Assembly: GCA_045106555.1 (NCBI GenBank)
Contig: JBGCET010000035.1
Coordinates: forward strand, 3,551-67,550
Reading direction: 5' to 3'
From: Lysobacterales bacterium
GTDB taxonomy: Bacteria > Pseudomonadota > Gammaproteobacteria > Xanthomonadales > SZUA-38
DNA: 64,000 nt
Each line of letters begins with the position of its first letter. The first letter of the stretch is position 1. A model generated the notes under the pieces. The model ran no database searches. It had not been told where the DNA came from and saw only the letters and a list, made by a program, of their open reading frames with translations. Below are positions 16,826-25,434 of the stretch, piece after piece. A program made the translations under genes and the position numbers.

Positions 16826-17918
16826 TTTCGTTGCCGGCACTCTAACGGCGGCTGGGTTGAGTGCTGTGGGGCAGGCAGGGGCAAAGGATACCTATCGAGC
16901 GTGGGAAGTGGGGCCGAAAGGCCCCTTCAATACCATGCGACTGGTGGATCGCCCTGTTGCTCAACCCAAATCCGGTGAGGTGATGGTCCGAGTAGCGGCC
17001 AGCGGGCTTGCGGGTCGAGATCGCGCCATCGCCCGTGGATGGTTTCTGCAAGACAAATTGCCTGAGAGAATTCCCCTCAGTGAGGGGGTAGGTACCGTCA
17101 CGGCCATCGGCCCGGGCGTCACTCGGGTGGCGGTTGGGGATCGAGTCACCAGTATTCATTTTCCCCTGTGGGAGTCTGGCCCCTGGACCCCGGCCAACTA
17201 TGTTGCGGACGTAGGCAACACGATCGATGGCTGGCTTACTGAGATGGCCACCTTGCCCCAATCGGGCTTGGTTAAAGTTCCTGGGGCGATTAGCGATCAA
17301 ACCGCCGCTACCTTGTCGGGCTCTGCCTTAACAGCCTGGCAGGCGCTCTATCACGTGGCCAGCGTCAAACCTGGAGACACCGTATTGTCACTGGGCACCG
17401 GTGGCGTATCGAGTTGGGGTGTGATGCTGGCTAAAGCCGCCGGAGCCCGGGTAATACTTACGTCGTCCAGCGATGAAAAGTTGGCGCTGATGACTGAGCG
17501 ATACGGGGTAGACGCGACGGTAAACTATCGCAAGACACCTCAATGGGGTGAACGTGTTGCCGAGCTTACCGACGGCAAAGGCGCCGATATTGTGTTGGAA
17601 AACGTCGGTTGGCCAACCCTTGATCAATCTCTGCAGGCTGCTGCGGTCAACGCAACGGTGGTCATGATTGGTACCGGACCTCGGCCAAAAAAGCTGTTGG
17701 CGATGCCGGATTTTTATATCAAGAACATCACAATGAAAGCGATCAGCAACGGTAGCCGGGTGATGATGCAGGAGCTTGTCGAAGCGGTAGAAACCGCTGG
17801 GCTGGAAGCGTTGGTGGCGAAAGAGTTTGCGTTTGACGATGCGGTAGCGGCTTTTGAGTTTATGGATCAGTCTTCTCACGTTGGAAAGGTGCTGATCCTA
17901 AACGCCGGATCTGGCTAA
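16812..17918 (+). CDS. Tat-signal-bearing medium-chain dehydrogenase/reductase (quinone-oxidoreductase-like)
   Basis: GTG start. Twin-arginine signal MNRRHFVAGTLTAAGLSAVGQAGA. MDR fold with GEVMVRVAASGL, VGDRV and the Rossmann motif LGTGGVSSWGVMLAKAAGARV. Confidence 0.75.
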   Translation: MNRRHFVAGTLTAAGLSAVGQAGAKDTYRAWEVGPKGPFNTMRLVDRPVAQPKSGEVMVRVAASGLAGRDRAIARGWFLQDKLPERIPLSEGVGTVTAIGPGVTRVAVGDRVTSIHFPLWESGPWTPANYVADVGNTIDGWLTEMATLPQSGLVKVPGAISDQTAATLSGSALTAWQALYHVASVKPGDTVLSLGTGGVSSWGVMLAKAAGARVILTSSSDEKLALMTERYGVDATVNYRKTPQWGERVAELTDGKGADIVLENVGWPTLDQSLQAAAVNATVVMIGTGPRPKKLLAMPDFYIKNITMKAISNGSRVMMQELVEAVETAGLEALVAKEFAFDDAVAAFEFMDQSSHVGKVLILNAGSG

Positions 17919-17933
17919 CGCTATCACTGCCAG

Positions 17934-17950
17934 ACCCGGCGCGGGTTTTC
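17934..17950 (+). terminator. Weak rho-independent terminator candidate after the MDR gene
   Basis: ACCCG-gcg-CGGGT followed by TTTC. The stem is only 5 bp. Confidence 0.3.
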
Positions 17951-17965
17951 CCATTGCGGACTGCG

Positions 17966-18529
17966 TCAGCTGCCTAACATGGCGTTGATTTCCTGTTGTT
18001 CATCCAAGCACTGACGGCGAGTGTTTCGCAGCCTTGCCGCGCGTCGTCGCGACTGGCGAACTTCCGACCTTTCCAATACCCCGTCAGCATTGGTATCCAG
18101 GCGGTCAAAACGCTCTATCGCCGTGTTCTCCGCGCTAACCAGCGCTTCATCCAAAGTAATTACCCCGTCGCCATCTAAGTCGGCAGCGTCAAATCGAGAT
18201 CCGGCATCCGGCGGTTCGGGTAGCGTAATGTCCAGGGTCTGTTCGATACAGCTGCGTAGGGCCTGTCGGTCGACGTCTGGTCGTTCGGGCAGGTCAGCGA
18301 AATCGTCGGCGGTAACAATGCCGTCCTCGTTTCGATCCAAACGCCCAAATCGGCGTTCGGCCCTTTGCGCTGACGCGGCAATAAACTCGTCTTGAGAAAC
18401 CTGCCCGTCGCCATTGCTGTCCAGGGGATTTCTCTCGCCGACTCGCGGTGATTGAGCATTCACGTCGGTCACAACCAGCGCGGGCGCCGAGGCAACGCAA
18501 ACTAACAGCAGGGTAGAAAGTGTTTTCAT
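17966..18529 (-). CDS. Exported EF-hand calcium-binding protein
   Basis: Signal peptide MKTLSTLLLVCVASAPALV. Four EF-hand loops: DSNGDGQVSQDEF, DRNEDGIVTADDF, DLDGDGVITLDEA, DTNADGVLERSEV. Confidence 0.8.
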   Translation of the reverse strand: MKTLSTLLLVCVASAPALVVTDVNAQSPRVGERNPLDSNGDGQVSQDEFIAASAQRAERRFGRLDRNEDGIVTADDFADLPERPDVDRQALRSCIEQTLDITLPEPPDAGSRFDAADLDGDGVITLDEALVSAENTAIERFDRLDTNADGVLERSEVRQSRRRAARLRNTRRQCLDEQQEINAMLGS

Positions 18530-18645
18530 GTGAAGTCGTCCTTTTGGTTAAGCCTTCGGTTCAGTCAACGCGAGTCGCCGGAGTTGGTTGACATCAGATG
18601 AGCGTTTTGTCGCATCCAGGGCGAAAGCTTGATGCCTTTTATTAG

Positions 18646-18655
18646 TTAGCGCTAA
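18646..18655. promoter_or_regulatory. Perfect 10-bp palindrome TTAGCGCTAA flanked by a direct ATTAGT repeat, upstream of the SRPBCC-ArsR operon (possible ArsR-type operator)
   Basis: The sequence reads tATTAGTTAGCGCTAATATTAGTg and lies about 35 nt before the ATG at 18689. Confidence 0.3.
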
Positions 18656-18688
18656 TATTAGTGATTGCTAAAAAACTGGGGTAATTCG

Positions 18689-19324
18689 ATGTCAGAACAA
18701 TCTTTTTTCGGCGCCTCCTTCCGTGAGGTCACCGGTCGAACCCGGGACGGCAAAGACACTCGAGTGGTTTCGGCGACGCGAAACTATCGCACTGATCCGG
18801 AAGACCTTTGGGATGCGTTAACCACGCCAGAGCGGCTGGCCCGCTGGTTTCTACCGCTATCGGGAGAGTTAAAGCCTGGCGGGCGTTATCAGCTGGAAGG
18901 CAATGCCGGTGGTGTCATCCAGCAGTGCCAGCCTCCCGAAAAGCTGTTGGTAAGCTGGGAGTTTGGCGAAAATATCAGCTGGCTTAGCGTGACCCTGCAG
19001 GCGGTGGACGACGGTACCCAACTGGTTTTGGAGCATGAAATGGCGACGGATCCAAGCAGCGAAGCCCATTGGGACCAATATGGGCCCGGTGCTACCGGGG
19101 TAGGCTGGGATTTGGCACTTGTCGGGCTTCAGTGGCATACCGATAAGACAGATCCAGACTTCGGAAAGCTTGCGAACGAAGATTGGATGATCAGCGAATC
19201 GGGAGGCGCATTCATCAAGGCCAGTACGGAGGCGTGGGAACACGCGGATGAACGCTCAGGACAGCCGTCAGATATCGCGAGTCGACGATCCCTGGCAACG
19301 TACAAATTCTACACGGGTACCTGA
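18689..19324 (+). CDS. SRPBCC/AHSA1-family protein
   Basis: ATG at 18689 inside the TTG-initiated ORF 18665..19324. Pattern DLWDALTTPERLARWFLP...GGRYQLEGNAGG..., typical of Aha1-like START-fold proteins paired with ArsR regulators. Confidence 0.65.
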   Translation: MSEQSFFGASFREVTGRTRDGKDTRVVSATRNYRTDPEDLWDALTTPERLARWFLPLSGELKPGGRYQLEGNAGGVIQQCQPPEKLLVSWEFGENISWLSVTLQAVDDGTQLVLEHEMATDPSSEAHWDQYGPGATGVGWDLALVGLQWHTDKTDPDFGKLANEDWMISESGGAFIKASTEAWEHADERSGQPSDIASRRSLATYKFYTGT

Positions 19325-19326
19325 TC

Positions 19327-19668
19327 ATGCAGGCTTTCGACGTGCTGGCAGATCCGGTCCGGCGGCAAATACTGGAAACCCTGTCGCGGGACCAAAAGAC
19401 GTCAGGGGAAATCGTTTCGGTGATTCAATCCCGCTTTGGTATTTCCCAATCGGCGGTTTCTCAACATTTGAAGGTCCTGCGAGATCATGGTTTTGCTCAG
19501 GTGGCCGTCGAGGGGACGCGCCGGCGTTACGCTCTCGATGCCGCCGGATTTGAAGAAGTAAACGGCTGGATGCAGCAGTTTGCCCAGCTTTGGGCACCTC
19601 GCCTGGACGCTCTGGCCACCGAAGTGGCTCGGGGAAGCCGCCTCCGTCGCGGGTCAGTCAAAAAATAG
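19327..19668 (+). CDS. ArsR/SmtB-family transcriptional regulator
   Basis: FDVLADPVRRQILETL...ISQSAVSQHLKVLRDHGF is the wHTH. The gene starts 2 nt after the upstream stop. Confidence 0.85.
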   Translation: MQAFDVLADPVRRQILETLSRDQKTSGEIVSVIQSRFGISQSAVSQHLKVLRDHGFAQVAVEGTRRRYALDAAGFEEVNGWMQQFAQLWAPRLDALATEVARGSRLRRGSVKK

Positions 19669-19857
19669 CGACCCAATCTTCGAGTCCAATTGACTCTGTC
19701 TACGTGCGCCACCGAACAAAAGACCGTTGGTCCATACTCAAGACGGCAAAGAGCCGGCCCGTCGAACGTGGTGAGCTGCGCCTTTTTGCGCAGTTGGTTA
19801 ACCCTGAATAGAAACCATGGCCTTGGAAAACCCACGGCAGTGCGTGATGATGGTCAA

Positions 19858-20769
19858 ATGATTAACCTCCTTCACAACCGTTTGAACGCCCTGCGCCTGC
19901 TGCTGATCGTCGGCCTCGCGGGCCAGATTGGCGGCGCCTATGCTCAAGAAGCCCTGCTACAAACCACAGCAAATCCGGCTATCCATCAGGGGTATGTTGA
20001 TACGCCTGACGGTCAGTTGCACTACTGGGAGGCAGGCCAGGGAGAAGCGCTGTTGTTGGTTCACCAGTCGTCCTCGTCGGTGGAGGAGTATGCCGGGCTG
20101 GTGCCTTTTCTCGCGGATCGATATCGGTTGATTACCTGGGACTGGCCAGGCCACGGTAGCTCTGACGACCCCGACCACGAGTTGGGTGTCGATGAGTACA
20201 GTGCCGGCGCGTTAGCGGTGTTGGCGCATTTGAAGGTGAAAAAATTCCACGTGCTTGGGCATCATGGCGGCGCACTTATTGCGATGAATCTCGCCTGGAA
20301 ACATCCCGATCGCGTTGAGGGGATTATCTTGTCCGGTACCAGTGGCGTTAAGGATACGTCCGAGACTAAAGCGTTTACCGATAGCCTGGACCTTAAGAAT
20401 CGAAAACGACTGGACCGGGAGGGTCGTTCACTGGACGCTGCGTGGCAGCGGTATGTAGGGTATATGCCTAATGCGTCTGCTGAGCAGGTGCTGGTGGCCT
20501 ATCTCAACAATGTTGTCACCCGATTGCGGCCCTTTGATGCCCACTATGGCGTATTGCGCTGGGACCGTCGACCGGCGCTGGCCAGTCTGAAAGACCGTCA
20601 TGTGCTGCTCACCCAGGGGGAGCGAGACGAATATGTCAGCCACCAAGAAAATCTGTTGGAACTCTTGCCTAAGGCTCAGCGTACGGTAGTGAAGAACGCC
20701 GGCACGTTTTTGTTCTTCGAAAAACCCAAGGCCTGTGCTGCGATGATTAGAGATTACCTGGATGGTTAG
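19858..20769 (+). CDS. Exported alpha/beta-hydrolase-fold protein with atypical nucleophile elbow (G-H-H-G-G)
   Basis: ATG at 19858 gives the signal MINLLHNRLNALRLLLIVGLAGQIGGAYAQ. Fold motifs are LLLVHQSSSS and WDWPGHGSS. The elbow reads VLGHHGGALIA (20257..20271), where G-x-S/D-x-G is expected. Confidence 0.7.
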   Translation: MINLLHNRLNALRLLLIVGLAGQIGGAYAQEALLQTTANPAIHQGYVDTPDGQLHYWEAGQGEALLLVHQSSSSVEEYAGLVPFLADRYRLITWDWPGHGSSDDPDHELGVDEYSAGALAVLAHLKVKKFHVLGHHGGALIAMNLAWKHPDRVEGIILSGTSGVKDTSETKAFTDSLDLKNRKRLDREGRSLDAAWQRYVGYMPNASAEQVLVAYLNNVVTRLRPFDAHYGVLRWDRRPALASLKDRHVLLTQGERDEYVSHQENLLELLPKAQRTVVKNAGTFLFFEKPKACAAMIRDYLDG

Positions 20770-20866
20770 GCCTGGGTTTTACTTCATCCGTTCATAGCGG
20801 CCATCCCCTAGGGGGTTGCAGGATGTTCCGCTATCGAGGGACGCCTGCCACTGGTATTCTTTGGAT

Positions 20867-22777
20867 ATGACTAATCCACAATCTTTAAGCCGCTTAACTC
20901 GGCCTGATTTTTTCTTTCGTTCTTTGCTGATTCTGGGGATGCTCTGTCCCATCTGGGTGACCGCTCAACCCACAGTTAAACCGGTTCTGCACGGAAAACA
21001 CTGGGTGGCCATAACCGGCAAGCCATTGGCAGCCACTGCGGGAAGTTTGACCTTTGCCCGCGGCGGCAACGCGGTGGATGCCGCCTGCGCAATGCTGGCG
21101 GCTACCTCTACCATGTGGGATACGCTGGGGTGGGGCGGCGAAACCCAGGCATTGATCTATAACCCCAATACCAAAAAGGTTGTCGGTATCAATGCGCTGG
21201 GAGTAGCGCCGACAGGCGCGACCCCAGAATTTTTTAAAGAAAAGGGCATGGTGTACCCGCCGGAATATGGACCGCTGGCGGCGGTAACTCCCGGAACTCC
21301 CGGAGGCTTGATGGTGATGCTGGCCGAATACGGCAGCCTGAGCCTGGCTGAGGTTCTTGCGCCGGCGATGGAGATGGCCAAGGGATATCCCATTGAGGAA
21401 TCTCAGGCCGATAACATGGAGCAACGCAAAGACATCATCATGCAGTGGTCGTACTCCCGCGATGTGTTTTTGCCCCACCTGGCCGCAGACAATTCTCAAG
21501 AGCGGGCGGCCCCCAAAGCCGGAGAGATTTTTCGCCAGCCCAATTTGCTAAAAACTCTCAACAAACTGGTTGAAACCGAGCGACGGGCGCTGGACCGGGG
21601 TGAAAGTCGCAAAGACGCCATTATGGCTGCCTACCAACGGTTTTATCGGGGCGATATTGCGCGGGAGATTATCCGCGCTTCTACCGAATATGAGGGCATC
21701 ATGACCCTGGCAGATCTGGCCAATTGGGAGGTGAAAATCGAAGAGCCGGTGAGCACCAACTATAAGGGCGTGGAGGTGTACAAGCTGACCCACTGGGTGC
21801 AGGGCCCGGTGCTGCTTCAGGCGTTGAATATTCTTGAGGACATAGACCTTAAGAACATGGGTTACAACACCGGTCGCTACATTCACCTGTTGTATCAGGT
21901 AATGAATCTGGCGTTTGCTGATCGGGATTTTTACTACGGCGATCCTTACACACCACCGGAGGAACCGATCCGCGGACTATTGTCCAAGGAGTACGCCAAG
22001 CACCGTCGCGATCAGATCAGCTGGGAAAAAAATGATCCCGAAGTTAAGCCTGGCGACCCCTACCCGTTCCAGGGTGAGGTCAATCCGTTTATGCATTTGC
22101 TGAACGACTGGAACAATATTCCTCCCACGGCTCAGGCCGACGGCGTGGACGGATTCCAGCAGGCTAATCTGACGAAACGTGATGAAGAATTCCTGGCCGG
22201 TACGACGTCAATTCAAGCGGCCGACGCCCAGGGCTGGGTGGTTTCCATTACCCCCAGCGGCGGCTGGATTCCCGCGTTTATCGCCGGCGATACCGGTATC
22301 GGTCTTAGTCAGCGGATGCAGAGCTTTGTCTTGGACGAAGCCATCAACCCCTACAATGTGGTTCAACCCGGCCAGCGACCCCGCTCTACGTTAACCCCAA
22401 GTATTGCCCTTAAAGATGGTAAGCCGCTGATGGCGTTTTCCGTTCAGGGCGGCGACACCCAAGATCAAAACCTGCTGCAGTTTTTCCTGAACATGGTGGA
22501 GTTCGACATGAATGTTCAGCAGGCGGTGGAAGCACACATGATTACCAGCTACCAGATGCAAAGTTCTTTTGGCGCCCATGAAGCCCAACCTGGCCGCTTA
22601 CAGGTGACGCGCAAAGTGCCTGACTGGACCCGCGCCGAGCTAAAGCGTCGAGGGTATTTTGTTGAAGTGATTGACCGTACCTATAGCCCCGTCACGGCGA
22701 TCTATTTCGACCATGAAAACGGCAGCATGTGGGGCGGCGCCAGCGACTACGGTGAAGACTACGGTATTGCCTGGTAG
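20867..22777 (+). CDS. Gamma-glutamyltransferase-family (Ntn hydrolase) protein
   Basis: ATG at 20867. Signal/TM segment LLILGMLCPIWVTAQP. N-terminal GGT pattern GNAVDAACAMLAA. Autoprocessing site LAGTTSIQAADAQGWVVSITPSGG. Confidence 0.8.
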   Translation: MTNPQSLSRLTRPDFFFRSLLILGMLCPIWVTAQPTVKPVLHGKHWVAITGKPLAATAGSLTFARGGNAVDAACAMLAATSTMWDTLGWGGETQALIYNPNTKKVVGINALGVAPTGATPEFFKEKGMVYPPEYGPLAAVTPGTPGGLMVMLAEYGSLSLAEVLAPAMEMAKGYPIEESQADNMEQRKDIIMQWSYSRDVFLPHLAADNSQERAAPKAGEIFRQPNLLKTLNKLVETERRALDRGESRKDAIMAAYQRFYRGDIAREIIRASTEYEGIMTLADLANWEVKIEEPVSTNYKGVEVYKLTHWVQGPVLLQALNILEDIDLKNMGYNTGRYIHLLYQVMNLAFADRDFYYGDPYTPPEEPIRGLLSKEYAKHRRDQISWEKNDPEVKPGDPYPFQGEVNPFMHLLNDWNNIPPTAQADGVDGFQQANLTKRDEEFLAGTTSIQAADAQGWVVSITPSGGWIPAFIAGDTGIGLSQRMQSFVLDEAINPYNVVQPGQRPRSTLTPSIALKDGKPLMAFSVQGGDTQDQNLLQFFLNMVEFDMNVQQAVEAHMITSYQMQSSFGAHEAQPGRLQVTRKVPDWTRAELKRRGYFVEVIDRTYSPVTAIYFDHENGSMWGGASDYGEDYGIAW

Positions 22778-22778
22778 C

Positions 22779-24140
22779 TCATTCAAAACCGTTGCTAAAT
22801 ACCGTGTCGGGTCGAGTAAGAATCAGGTCTTGAGTAATGCTGGCGTTTGGCGCCACTTGAGCAATGGTGGCTTCGCCGCCTTGGAATTCATCGGTTAGAA
22901 CCCGCAGTGACAAATTCTCCGCCCCCGATTGTCCCGTCGCCGTCTGTAGCACCACAATGGAATAGCTGCCGTCCGCCGGGTCGCTCACGGTGGCAATGTT
23001 GTCACTGGACAGAATGAACAGGCCACCCACCGGCGCGTTGCTGCCGGCCTCGAGAACCTGCCCGGAAATAGTGGCCAACGGTGCACAAACAAACTGGGCA
23101 TCAATGGGTTGAAAGGTATAGCTGTAGGTCGCCGTTTGCGGGGCGGTTGGACAATGGCGAACGCGAAACAGAAACTCTGCCGGTAGCTGCAGCGTGGTTC
23201 CGGCCGGAGCCGTCGTGCCACAGGCGCCCAGCACATCCGTTGCGCTAACGCCCGGGTCAGCAAGTCTAGCGGATGGGAACGTCTCAAAGATTGGCTGAAA
23301 CCCCGGTGTATCGGAGGTGACAGTGATGAAGAACGGGAAATTGTCGGAACTGCAGCCGGTGTTTTCCGCCAGTTCCCAGTAAATCCAATCTTCGTCCCCC
23401 GGGGTTAGCGTGTGTGACTGGATTTGGCCCTCAAGGGCGTTGGGGAAGCGCGATGCGAGTTGGGGTTGGTCATCAATTTCGAACCCATCGTCAACGCCGT
23501 TGGTGGCGTTCTCATCCACCGCAAAGACAAAATTGGCAATGGCAATGTCGTCACCGCCGGTGTCTTCATCAAACCGCAGGCCGAAAAAATCCACCTCACT
23601 GACGATGCCCACAAACGTATTGGTGCTGGCGCCCAGGTCGGGCATGGGTAATATTTCGATCACGGCGCCACCGGAGTCCAGCAGGGCGATGGCCTCACCC
23701 GCGGTGCCATTGGTATCGCGCAGGGTGAATCCAAAAATTCGCAGCGGCTCACCACTGGTTACCGAGATCACCCAGTCGTCGTTTTCAAAATTATCCAGAT
23801 CACCGATAGATAATGCGTTATCGAAATTAGGCAAGTTTCCGCCGCCTTCATCGTCGTCGAAGGTTATGCCGCCGCCTTCAATGGCGGTGAGGGTAAAGCT
23901 GCGGGATAAGCCGGTATTGGCTTGATCAAAGGTCAATGTGCTGCCGCCAACACCGGAATTTGGGTTCAGGGCTATGGGTATTTCCGACGCCAGTGCCACG
24001 CCTGCGGCGTCCGTTATCAGCGTTTCCACCCGCGTACCCGCATTTTGGTCGAAACGAAGTCGATCCACGAGTAGTTGGGCGCCAGATGCCTGCAGTGCGC
24101 TGAGCATCAGAGTAATGGTGACGAAGAGTTTTGCTGGCAT
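22779..24140 (-). CDS. Exported multidomain protein of unknown function (PPC-like and CarboxypepD_reg-like segments) ending in VFSNGFE
   Basis: ATG at 24140 gives the signal MPAKLFVTITLMLSALQASGA; the maximal ORF starts on GTG at 24170. Acidic Gly/Asp-rich N-terminal half. PPC-like segment LTPGDEDWIYWEL. CarboxypepD_reg-like segment ISGQVLEAGSNAPVGGLFILS..DGSYSIVVL. Internal DGFE at 23478..23489. Confidence 0.65.
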   Translation of the reverse strand: MPAKLFVTITLMLSALQASGAQLLVDRLRFDQNAGTRVETLITDAAGVALASEIPIALNPNSGVGGSTLTFDQANTGLSRSFTLTAIEGGGITFDDDEGGGNLPNFDNALSIGDLDNFENDDWVISVTSGEPLRIFGFTLRDTNGTAGEAIALLDSGGAVIEILPMPDLGASTNTFVGIVSEVDFFGLRFDEDTGGDDIAIANFVFAVDENATNGVDDGFEIDDQPQLASRFPNALEGQIQSHTLTPGDEDWIYWELAENTGCSSDNFPFFITVTSDTPGFQPIFETFPSARLADPGVSATDVLGACGTTAPAGTTLQLPAEFLFRVRHCPTAPQTATYSYTFQPIDAQFVCAPLATISGQVLEAGSNAPVGGLFILSSDNIATVSDPADGSYSIVVLQTATGQSGAENLSLRVLTDEFQGGEATIAQVAPNASITQDLILTRPDTVFSNGFE

Positions 24141-24209
24141 ATTGTGGCGGAAAATTCCTTTAGAGCTCACGATAAGTGTAGCAGCCGATTGCGCTGGCTA
24201 AGCGATGGG

Positions 24210-24971
24210 TCAATGATGCCTGGCTTTCCCAGGTGGCCAGCCGAACAGGCGCGCAAATGCCTCGCTGAATGCCGACTGGCTGCGGTACCCCGCATCTACC
24301 CAGGTGTTCGCAACACTCTGACCCGCCGACAGATCGCCAAGGGCTCGGGTGAGCAGGTACAGTCGCCGCCAGCGTGCTGGCGTTAACCCGGTTTGTGCCA
24401 TGAACAGGCGCTCAGCTGTGCGTCGACTTAAGCCTGCTCTGGGCAATAGTTCATCCAGGCTTGTCTGCGCCTGGTCGCGCTGGGAAATCCAGTGAATCAA
24501 ATGCAGAGCCCGGTTGTCAGCCGGCATAGGCAGCTGGATGGCGTTATCCGGCGCGTTGCGAATTTCGGTTGCTACCAACGCCGCCACCTGTTGATGGTGG
24601 CTGATGCGTTGATCCAGAGCGCCGATCTGGCAGGCTCGGACAATGAGTTCATGCAGCAAGGCACAGACTTCAAATGCCCTCGGGATCGCCAGCGCCAGGT
24701 CAAATTTCGGTGCCAGGTACAGCGAGCGTAATTCCACCGGGCCGAGCATCGTTAACTCGTGTGGCAGTTGCGCTGGAATCAAGATCGCCCGACCGCGGGG
24801 GACCATCCACTGTGTATCACCAACCCTCAGACTCAGCGCGCCGGCACCTGCATAGAGCAATTGGCTCCAGGAGTGGCAGTGCTCAGGCTCAGTCGCTCCT
24901 GCGCGATAGTTGAGGCTGAGCGATCGCAGCAGGAGGTGAGGTTCGTCATGGGGTGTGAGCGATTGCCGCAT
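24210..24971 (-). CDS. AraC-family transcriptional regulator (cupin + HTH)
   Basis: N-terminal cupin EPEHCHSWSQLLYAGAGAL. C-terminal HTH pair LSRRTAERLFMAQTGLTPARWRR..GYRSQSAFSEAFARLFG. Confidence 0.85.
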   Translation of the reverse strand: MRQSLTPHDEPHLLLRSLSLNYRAGATEPEHCHSWSQLLYAGAGALSLRVGDTQWMVPRGRAILIPAQLPHELTMLGPVELRSLYLAPKFDLALAIPRAFEVCALLHELIVRACQIGALDQRISHHQQVAALVATEIRNAPDNAIQLPMPADNRALHLIHWISQRDQAQTSLDELLPRAGLSRRTAERLFMAQTGLTPARWRRLYLLTRALGDLSAGQSVANTWVDAGYRSQSAFSEAFARLFGWPPGKARHH

Positions 24972-25050
24972 AAACGAATAATAAGGTCGTTTTTCCGTAA
25001 TTGCGACAGCGGGGTGCCGTGGTAGCTTAACGGTTCTAGGAGGAACACCA

Positions 25051-25434
25051 ATGCCGAACCGATTAGCCCATTTTGCGATTGAAGCAGACGATGTTGAGCG
25101 CGCGCGGAATTTTTACAGTGCCGTATTTGAGTGGAAGTTTGAACCGTGGGGGCCGCCGGGTTTTTACCTGATTCACGAAGCCGGCGTTGCTGGCGCGTTG
25201 CAAAAGCGTCAGCAGCCACTTGCCGATGGGCGAAGAGGATTTGAGTGCACCTTCGCTGTGGACAACCTGGAGGCAACCCGCCAGCGGGTAATTGACGCCG
25301 GCGGTTCGCTGGATGCAGAACCGCTCACTATTCCAACCGTCGGCACTCTGGCTCGATTTGCGGATACGGAGGGAAACGAGGCGCTGTTGATGCAGTACGA
25401 GCCTGAGCGACTTAAGGCGATGGGCTGGGATTAG
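25051..25434 (+). CDS. VOC (glyoxalase/bleomycin-resistance/dioxygenase) family protein
   Basis: 127 aa. HFAIEADDVERARNFYSAVFEW...FADTEGNEALL is the pattern of single-domain VOC proteins. Confidence 0.7.
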   Translation: MPNRLAHFAIEADDVERARNFYSAVFEWKFEPWGPPGFYLIHEAGVAGALQKRQQPLADGRRGFECTFAVDNLEATRQRVIDAGGSLDAEPLTIPTVGTLARFADTEGNEALLMQYEPERLKAMGWD

